Positions 27,323 through 34,052 of a stretch of 42,970 bases of DNA are shown one piece after another. The DNA comes from Patescibacteria group bacterium (GTDB lineage Bacteria > Patescibacteriota > Minisyncoccia > UBA6257 > HR35). Position numbers and translations under genes: made by a program. Numbering within the stretch: the stretch's first letter is position 1; every line of letters begins with the position of its first letter. The notes beneath the pieces were generated by a model. The model was not told where the DNA came from. It did no database searches and saw nothing but the letters and a program-made list of their open reading frames with translations. The DNA is taken from positions 1 to 42,970 of the forward strand of contig JBBTQG010000013.1 of assembly GCA_038065795.1 (NCBI GenBank), given 5' to 3'.

Positions 27323-27360
27323 TTAACAACAATATATTTTTTACTAATTCTTTTTGAATT

Positions 27361-27400
27361 TTGCATTTTCATTTTGCATTTTGATATTTGCATCTTGAAT
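27361..27400 (+). repeat. three tandem 13-14-nt repeats beginning with TTGCAT (27361, 27374, 27388)
   Basis: TTGCATTTTCATT / TTGCATTTTGATAT / TTGCATCTTGAAT read directly upstream of the dnaG ATG. Confidence 0.7.
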
Positions 27401-27407
27401 TTTTATA

Positions 27408-29069
27408 ATGATTGACGAAATAAAAAACAAAATTGATATAGTTGATTTTGTAAGCTCTTATATTATTCTAAAAGGTTCTGGAAATTATTACAAAGGTTTA
27501 TGCCCGTTTCACAACGAAAAAACCCCGTCTTTTTTTGTTTCACCTGAAAAGCAAATTTTTAAATGTTTTGGTTGCAATGAGTGGGGTTCGGTGATTGATT
27601 TTTTTATGAAAATGGAAAATGTTGATTTTAAGGAAGCTCTTCGAACGCTCGCTGAAAGAGCTGGAATAGAAATAAAAGAATTTTCAGGAGCTATTGCGAA
27701 AGAAAGAAATATTATTTTGGAAATGAATAGAGTTGCCCTGAGATTTTTCAGAAATCAGTTGAAAGAAAATAAATCAGCGCTTGAATATTTGATTAACCGA
27801 GGATTATCTAAGGATATGATTGATTATTTTGAATTGGGATACGCGCCAACGCAAAACGAACTTCGGGATTATTTATTTGCTTTGGGTTATTCTCTTCGCG
27901 ATATGCAGTTTGCCGGATTATTAACATATGGGAAAGAAGATAGATTTCAGCAAAGAATTGTGTATCCTTTTGTTGACCATTATGGAAAAATTATCGGATT
28001 CACTGGTAGAATATATCCTGATAAAAATGATGTTGCAAAATATTTGAATACTCCCGAAACCCAACTTTTTAAAAAATCACAATTTTTATATGGTTTGTAT
28101 TATGCAATCCCGCATATAAAAAGCGAGAAGCAAGTTATTGTGGTTGAGGGACAAATGGATTTTTTGGCTTGTTGGCAAAATGGAATTAAAAATGTTGTTG
28201 CGATTTCAGGGATAGCGTTCACAGATGAGCAATTAAAAATTTTAAAAAGATATACAAAAAAAATTGTTTTTGCGCTTGATGAAGATGAGGCGGGGTTAAT
28301 AGCAACATTAAAATCAACACCTCTTGCTCTCAAATCAGGTTTTGAAATTGAAAAATTAATTTTTTCACACGGCAAAGATTTAGATGAATTTTTGTCGTCC
28401 ATTAAAGATGTCTCCGAGTATAAATTAAAAACTTCGTCTTTGATAGAATATCTTTTTGATTATGGATTGAAAAACTTTGATTTAAAATCAGCGAATGGTA
28501 AAAGAAAATTTTTAGAATTATTATTGCCACAAATTAAGCAGATGGATTTGGTTCAAGTAAGTTATTGGATTTCTAAAATAGTTAAAATAACAGACATTAA
28601 CGAGGGATTGCTTTATAAAGAACTTGAAAAAATACAATTAGTGTCGCAAGCCAGAAATGTAAATGAAAAAATTGACAATAGTTATAAGTCAAAAATTACA
28701 CAAGGAACTGACGATAAATTTTTTGGCGTTATTGAAAAATTACTTGCTGTAATATTGGCGCTTAAAAAAATTGAGTTATTCGATGATTTAAAAGAATATT
28801 TGAATGAAAAAAGCGAATTAGTAGAAAAAATTAAAAATAATGTTATTGATGAGGAAGTGGAAATTTTAAGATTAAGAGCTTCATATGAAGAGGAAATTAA
28901 TCAAAATCTTGAAGATGAGCTCAGATTCCTAGTAAAAGAGCTAAAAAAAGAGTATTTTAAAAGGAAAATTTATGCGTTAAAATATGAGTTGAATATTAAA
29001 AACGATAATGAAGCTGGCAAAATTTTAGAAACAGTCAGGGAGTATACTTCATTATTAAAAGAATTATAG
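27408..29069 (+). CDS. dnaG: DNA primase
   Basis: Zinc finger CPFHNEKTPSFFVSPEKQIFKCFGC; TOPRIM VVEGQMDFL...LDEDEAG. Confidence 0.95.
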   Translation: MIDEIKNKIDIVDFVSSYIILKGSGNYYKGLCPFHNEKTPSFFVSPEKQIFKCFGCNEWGSVIDFFMKMENVDFKEALRTLAERAGIEIKEFSGAIAKERNIILEMNRVALRFFRNQLKENKSALEYLINRGLSKDMIDYFELGYAPTQNELRDYLFALGYSLRDMQFAGLLTYGKEDRFQQRIVYPFVDHYGKIIGFTGRIYPDKNDVAKYLNTPETQLFKKSQFLYGLYYAIPHIKSEKQVIVVEGQMDFLACWQNGIKNVVAISGIAFTDEQLKILKRYTKKIVFALDEDEAGLIATLKSTPLALKSGFEIEKLIFSHGKDLDEFLSSIKDVSEYKLKTSSLIEYLFDYGLKNFDLKSANGKRKFLELLLPQIKQMDLVQVSYWISKIVKITDINEGLLYKELEKIQLVSQARNVNEKIDNSYKSKITQGTDDKFFGVIEKLLAVILALKKIELFDDLKEYLNEKSELVEKIKNNVIDEEVEILRLRASYEEEINQNLEDELRFLVKELKKEYFKRKIYALKYELNIKNDNEAGKILETVREYTSLLKEL

Positions 29070-30287
29070 ATGCCAAAGAAAAATTTACATTCAAAGCAGA
29101 CCAAATTAAAGATAGTAAAAGCAAAGACAAAAATTGTAAGCAAGGGAAAGAAGCTGGTTGGTGCCAAAAAAACAAAAAGCGCTGTGAATAAATCAAAAAT
29201 TACTAAGAAAGGAAAAAAGTTTGATGTTGTGGAGGCAAAAATTCAAGAGTTAGTTCACAGAGGCAAAGTGAGAGGATTTGTAACAGAAGCTGAAATTTTA
29301 CATTATTTTTCAAACATTGAACAGAACATAGAACTTTTGGAGAAAATAGCGGAAAGACTTGAAATTGCCGGAATTGAACTTAAAAGCAGCGGCGAACTTT
29401 GGAATATGAGCGAAGAAGTGTCAGATTCTGGAAAACCGGTAAAATTTAAAATCGGAAATTTAAAAGAGTTTCCGGATAATATTCAAAAATATCTTTTGGA
29501 AATTGGCAAATATCCATTGTTGAAAAAAGAAGAAGAAAGAGAGATTGCAAAAAGATCCACTGAGGGAAATATGGAGGCTAGAGAAAGGTTAATAAAATCA
29601 AATTTGCGACTTGTTGTAAGTATCGCAAAAAGATATTATGCAAAATCAAAGCATCTAAGTTTTTTGGATTTGATTCAAGAAGGTAATACTGGTTTGGCAA
29701 AAGCAGTGGACAGATTTGATTACAAAAGAGGATTTAAATTTTCAACTTACGCAACTTGGTGGATAAGACAAGCGATAACCCGCGCAATGGCAGATTATGC
29801 GAGAACTGTAAGGTTGCCTGTTCATATTATTGAAGAACTTTACAGAATGAATAAAGTTAGGAAGTTGTTGAGCGAAAAACTTGGGCGAGATCCATCCCCA
29901 GAAGAACTTGCGGCTGAATCTGGAATTGCTATTAAAAAAGTTCAAAAACTTTTGAAATTGACGCAAGATGTTACTTCTCTTGAAACACCTATTGGCGAGG
30001 GAGATACAATGCTTGAAGAAATTATAAAAGATGAAGACCAAATTGGACCTGAAAAAGAGGCAAGCTTAGTGATTTTGCGTGAAAAATTGAAGCTAATTAT
30101 TGAAGATTTACCTGAAAGAGAAAGGCAAATAATAAGATTGAGATATGGGTTGGAAGATGGGATTATGCACACACTTGGCGATGTTGGAATTATATTTGGA
30201 ATAACAAGAGAAAGAGTAAGGCAGTTGGAAATAAAAGCGTTAAGCAGACTAAAAAATCATTATATGATTCAGAAGTTGCAGGAGTGA
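29070..30287 (+). CDS. rpoD: RNA polymerase sigma factor RpoD (sigma-70)
   Basis: Regions 2-4: [55 protein letters not shown]; abuts the dnaG stop with no gap. Confidence 0.95.
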   Translation: MPKKNLHSKQTKLKIVKAKTKIVSKGKKLVGAKKTKSAVNKSKITKKGKKFDVVEAKIQELVHRGKVRGFVTEAEILHYFSNIEQNIELLEKIAERLEIAGIELKSSGELWNMSEEVSDSGKPVKFKIGNLKEFPDNIQKYLLEIGKYPLLKKEEEREIAKRSTEGNMEARERLIKSNLRLVVSIAKRYYAKSKHLSFLDLIQEGNTGLAKAVDRFDYKRGFKFSTYATWWIRQAITRAMADYARTVRLPVHIIEELYRMNKVRKLLSEKLGRDPSPEELAAESGIAIKKVQKLLKLTQDVTSLETPIGEGDTMLEEIIKDEDQIGPEKEASLVILREKLKLIIEDLPERERQIIRLRYGLEDGIMHTLGDVGIIFGITRERVRQLEIKALSRLKNHYMIQKLQE

Positions 30288-30291
30288 ATTC

Positions 30292-30498
30292 GTGAGTATA
30301 TTCTCCTCGGTCACCGCAGTCCCCGCCCTCCCCAGCGGAGCGGGTCTGCTCATCTCTCACCCCGCCGACCGAGCTGAAAATTTGAAAAGATGCCGAAAAC
30401 AATTTATTGTTTTCGGCGCTGAAAATTTAGTTTCCAGCTTTACAACTCGGACCAATCTCGGCGGGGCTACGAGGCGTGCCCTCGGAGAATTTATTCGC
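30292..30498 (+). ncRNA. candidate structured RNA (unclassified), GC-rich, starting 5 nt after the rpoD stop
   Basis: 15-position closing helix 30292-30306/30484-30498 (1 mismatch, 2 G-U pairs valid only on the + strand); further helices 30309-30317/30474-30480, 30360-30373/30446-30466; apical 11-bp hairpin 30392-30417. Confidence 0.45.
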
Positions 30499-30622
30499 TA
30501 CTAAAAAATTAAAGAGGATAGAGCTTCTTTGTAAGACTTTTGAATAGCTTTTTTATTCGCATAAAATACAAATATACTTATTTATGAACATATAGGAATA
30601 AAAATAGGTTAAAATAAAAACA

Positions 30623-32155
30623 ATGGCTAATCAAAAATTTCAAAACAGAACTTTATTTTTTGGAGACAATCTTGAGGTTTTAAGAAAGAAAATTCCAGAT
30701 GAGAGCTTCGACTTAATTTATTTAGACCCGCCTTTTAATTCAAATAGGGATTACAATGTGCTTTTTAAGGAAGGGAAAGTTGACAGTCCCGCGCAAATTG
30801 TAGCATTTGAAGATAGCTGGCATTGGACAGAAGAGGCGGATAAAATTTTCAATGAACTGGTTGGAGTAAAAAAATCAGAAACAGAAATTAATGAAACAAT
30901 CTCTAATTTGATGCTTGCATTGGAAAGATTGATTGGCAAAAACGATGTTTTGGCGTATTTGGTAATGATGACCATTCGTTTAATTGAATTAAAACGAATT
31001 CTTAAAAATACAGGAAGCATTTATTTGCATTGTGATCCAACAGCAAGTCATTATTTAAAAATTGTAATGGATGCGGTGTTTGGAAAGAAAAATTTTAGAA
31101 ATGAAATTATATGGCATTATAAAAGATGGACTGCTGCATCTAATCGTTTTCAGCGAATGCACGATATAATATTTTGGTATACAAAGACTGATAAATATAT
31201 CTTTACTAAACCGCTACAGCCTTATTCTAATCCAGAATGGGTAGAAGATACTGTTAGGGGTATTGTTAAGGGGAAATTAGTTCGTTTAAAGAATGAAGCA
31301 GGAGAATATATTAAAAGACAAAAAGAAAATCTTGGGGTTTTAATGCATGATGTTTGGGAAGATATAAATTTTATTCCACCAACATCCAAAGAACGACTTG
31401 GTTATGCCACTCAAAAACCAGAAGCACTATTAGAACGAATAATCAAGGCGTCTTCTAATGAAGGCGATTGGATTTTGGACCCATTTTGCGGTTGCGGAAC
31501 AACAGTTGCAGTTTCTGAAAAATTAAATCGTAAATGGGTTGGAATTGATATAACCACATTGGCAATAAATTTAATAAAACATCGTATTAACGCGCAATTT
31601 AGAGATAAACAATTCAAAATTTTAGTTGATGGATTGCCAAAAGATATATCAGGAGCAAAAGCGTTATTTAAAAAAGATCCGTTTGAATTTGAATACTGGG
31701 CATTAGATTTAGTTAGCGCTATGCCGTCTCAAAGTAAAACAAAAGAAAAAATGCGCGGAGCTGATAAGGGAATCGATGGAATTATTTCTTTTGTAAAAGG
31801 TTCTAATAATGGTGATTTTACATATGGCAGAATTGTTGTTCAGGTGAAAGGCGGCGGCGTTCAAAGAAAAGATATTGCAACATTAAAGGGCGATATTGAA
31901 AGAGAAAAAGCCGATGGCGGATTATTTATAACATTAGAAGAACCGACCAAACCAATGATTGAAGAGGCGGTAAAATCCGGGAAATTTAAAATTCCGCTTA
32001 TCGCTACAGAATTTCCAAAAATTCAAATTTTAACTATAAAGGATTTATTAAGCGGCAAAAAAATAATTTTACCGTTGGGAGCGGAACCGTACTACAAAAA
32101 AGCGAAAAAAGTTGAAATTTATAATTTCAAACCTAATAATCATTTTACATTTTAA
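30623..32155 (+). CDS. beta-class N6A/N4C DNA methyltransferase fused to a C-terminal Mrr-like (PD-(D/E)xK) nuclease domain
   Basis: Motif IV DLIYLDPPFNSN precedes motif I ILDPFCGCGTTVAVSEKL; C-terminus FEYWALDLV...GADKGIDGIISF...IVVQVKGGG matches the Mrr catalytic core. Confidence 0.75.
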   Translation: MANQKFQNRTLFFGDNLEVLRKKIPDESFDLIYLDPPFNSNRDYNVLFKEGKVDSPAQIVAFEDSWHWTEEADKIFNELVGVKKSETEINETISNLMLALERLIGKNDVLAYLVMMTIRLIELKRILKNTGSIYLHCDPTASHYLKIVMDAVFGKKNFRNEIIWHYKRWTAASNRFQRMHDIIFWYTKTDKYIFTKPLQPYSNPEWVEDTVRGIVKGKLVRLKNEAGEYIKRQKENLGVLMHDVWEDINFIPPTSKERLGYATQKPEALLERIIKASSNEGDWILDPFCGCGTTVAVSEKLNRKWVGIDITTLAINLIKHRINAQFRDKQFKILVDGLPKDISGAKALFKKDPFEFEYWALDLVSAMPSQSKTKEKMRGADKGIDGIISFVKGSNNGDFTYGRIVVQVKGGGVQRKDIATLKGDIEREKADGGLFITLEEPTKPMIEEAVKSGKFKIPLIATEFPKIQILTIKDLLSGKKIILPLGAEPYYKKAKKVEIYNFKPNNHFTF

Positions 32156-32213
32156 TTAATGCTGGAAAATAAATTTTCAATGCCCCACGATTTTTATAAT
32201 TTAAATTTATTGT

Positions 32214-33299
32214 ATGCTTTATAGAAAATATCGTCCGAAAAATTTTGGCGAAGTGATTGGACAAGATATTATTATTAAAATTTTAAAAAATTTTTTAAAA
32301 AACGAAGCCCAAATTCCACAAGGATATTTATTTACGGGTCAAAGAGGAACTGGAAAAACAACAACAGCGAGAATTTTTGCGAAAGCTTTGAATTGCTCTG
32401 ATTTTAAGGATGAACCCTGCGATAAATGTAATATTTGCGAGTTAATAAATAAGGGTCATTTTTTAGATTTAGTTGAAATTGATGGCGCTTCAAATAATAG
32501 TGTTGATGATATAAGAAATTTAAAAGAGCACATTGGATTTAAGCCAATGCAAGGAAAATATAAAATTTTTATTATTGATGAAGCCCATATGTTATCTCTT
32601 TCTGCTTTCAACGCGTTTTTAAAAACTCTTGAAGAACCCCCCCGCGGAGTTATTTTTGTTATGGCAACAACCGAGCCTGAAAAAATTCCAGCAACAATTT
32701 TATCAAGAGTTCAGAGGTTTGATTTTAGAAGAGCTACCGTAAAAGATATAGTCAAAACATTAAAACAAATTGCTGAAAATGAAAAAATTAAAATTGATGA
32801 TTTGGCGCTTTATCTAATTGCGGAAGAGTCGCACGGTTCGTTTAGGGATGCTGAAGTCATTTTTGAAAAACTTGCGCTTTATGAAAATAATTCAGGCAAA
32901 ATTACAGAAGAATTGGTTGAAGAATTTTTAGGCAAGTTAAGTAATGGGAAAATTTTAGAGTTTTTGGACTTAGTGTTTGAAAAAAATATAGAAAAAAGTC
33001 TAGATTTTATCAGGGAAATTTATCATCAGGGCTTCGATATTATCATTTTTAATCGCAGTATCGTTAGGTTTTTGCGCGAGCTTTTGATTTTGAAAATTCA
33101 TCCAAATTGGAAAGCGCAACTCGAAAGGGTTTATCCGGAAGAAATTTTGGAAAAAATGATTAATATAGCGGGAAAAATTTCAATTGAAAATCTTAAAAAA
33201 TCTTTAAAAACATTTTATGAAGCTGACAATCTTTTAAAAAGAGAACCTCCGATTTTGACTTTACCAATAGAAATGGCGATAGTTGAATTGACGGTATAA
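32214..33299 (+). CDS. dnaX: DNA polymerase III subunit gamma/tau (short form)
   Basis: YRPKNFGEVIGQ, Walker A GQRGTGKTT, zinc module CDKCNIC, IIDEAHML, SRVQRF. Confidence 0.9.
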   Translation: MLYRKYRPKNFGEVIGQDIIIKILKNFLKNEAQIPQGYLFTGQRGTGKTTTARIFAKALNCSDFKDEPCDKCNICELINKGHFLDLVEIDGASNNSVDDIRNLKEHIGFKPMQGKYKIFIIDEAHMLSLSAFNAFLKTLEEPPRGVIFVMATTEPEKIPATILSRVQRFDFRRATVKDIVKTLKQIAENEKIKIDDLALYLIAEESHGSFRDAEVIFEKLALYENNSGKITEELVEEFLGKLSNGKILEFLDLVFEKNIEKSLDFIREIYHQGFDIIIFNRSIVRFLRELLILKIHPNWKAQLERVYPEEILEKMINIAGKISIENLKKSLKTFYEADNLLKREPPILTLPIEMAIVELTV

Positions 33300-33574
33300 T
33301 CGCAAATAATTTACCCTCAGCCACCGGTTGTCGTCTCGCTCCAGTGGCGAGCCGCAACCTCTTGTCTCGGTCATTCTGTCGAGCCGACTTATTGAATTAT
33401 GATTTACGGCTCGAACCAAGCCAGAAGCCGGAAACTGATTTTTCGGCGTCGAAAATGACAAACCATTTTCGGCATGACCTCCGACAATGCCGAAAAGCCA
33501 AAAAAATTTTTTGACTTTTCGGCGATGAAAATCAGGTTTTCATCTGGCTTCGGACAAATTATTTGCGATTATAC
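33294..33574 (+). ncRNA. candidate structured RNA or MITE-like element bounded by a perfect 19-bp inverted repeat
   Basis: GTATAATCGCAAATAATTT 33294-33312 pairs with 33556-33574; GC-rich core with helices 33335-33351, 33379-33386/33407-33414, 33418-33425/33543-33550, 33466-33475/33487-33496; strand uncertain. Confidence 0.4.
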
Positions 33575-33615
33575 AAATTTTTTTAGAAATAATTGTATAA
33601 TTATATGTAGATAAT

Positions 33616-33687
33616 TGCGGAGTGGTGAAATAGGTATCACGAAGGACTTTGAATCCTTTATTCTAGGTTCGAGCCCTAGCTCCGCAG
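33616..33687 (+). tRNA. tRNA-Gln (anticodon UUG)
   Basis: Manual cloverleaf: acceptor TGCGGAG/CTCCGCA (U1-A72), D-arm GTGA-AATAGGTA-TCAC, anticodon arm AAGGA-CTTTGAA-TCCTT, T-arm CTAGG-TTCGAGC-CCTAG, discriminator G. Confidence 0.85.
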
Positions 33688-33774
33688 ATTTTTTATAAAA
33701 ATTATTTTACAAACTACACCTTTTTAGGCGATTGTCAGTAATGGTTTAGTAAATTATTTTTTAATTGTTTTGTG

Positions 33775-33783
33775 TTATCCACA
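33775..33783 (+). promoter_or_regulatory. TTATCCACA box 39 nt upstream of TATAAT 33814-33819, ahead of the adhesin operon
   Basis: Exact 9-mer in an intergenic region. Confidence 0.45.
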
Positions 33784-33912
33784 AATGCGTTTATTTTTTT
33801 AACAACATTAGCATATAATATTATTAAGATACACATTCTCATTTAGAAAAAACACCGAATTTTATTTGTTAAATTTGGAAGCGAACATAGATTGCTGTTT
33901 CAATTATTGACT

Positions 33913-33949
33913 GCCAAAAAATGATACATCATTTTTTGGCGCTGAAAAC
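33913..33949 (+). repeat. GCCAAAAAATGA-TACA-TCATTTTTTGGC hairpin followed by GCTGAAAAC (variant member of the hairpin family)
   Basis: 12-bp perfect stem 33913-33924/33929-33940; GCTGAAAAC 33941-33949 can also pair with GTTTTCAGC 33970-33978. Confidence 0.55.
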
Positions 33950-34052
33950 CGCGATAGAACTTTTTAGAAGTTTTCAGCTTTTATATCAAAAACAAAAAAA
34001 ATGTGGCAATTGAAGTCGGTTGCCATAAAACACAAAATCAAAAAATTTAAAA

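Noticed and set aside
30190-30504. ORFs 30292..30504 (+, GTG start) and 30190..30402 (-) lying in the GC-rich island after rpoD
   Set aside because: Both exist only because the island is GC-rich and lacks stops. Their composition (Ala/Gly/Arg/Pro/Ser runs) is unlike every confident protein here. There is no start context, and the region folds into long helices, so it is treated as RNA or an element rather than coding sequence.
32214-33299. Programmed frameshift or truncation in dnaX (only 361 aa)
   Set aside because: The ORF contains all clamp-loader domains I-III and ends at a normal TAA. No slippery A-run with a downstream hairpin lies inside the gene, and a short gamma-like DnaX is plausible for reduced genomes.
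33261-33461. Minus-strand ORF (66 aa) across the dnaX 3' end and the inverted-repeat element
   Set aside because: It overlaps dnaX antisense and the GC-rich palindromic core. Its Arg/Gly-rich composition looks like an artefact, and no promoter or start context supports it.
33294-33574. The element after dnaX as SRP RNA (ffs often neighbours dnaX), tmRNA or RNase P RNA
   Set aside because: I could not find the SRP helix-8 GNRA loop with its flanking AGCA/CAGG loops on either strand. The tRNA-like GGGG...CCA ends and tag ORF of tmRNA are also absent, as is the GGAAAGUCC-type RNase P core. This needs confirmation with Infernal.
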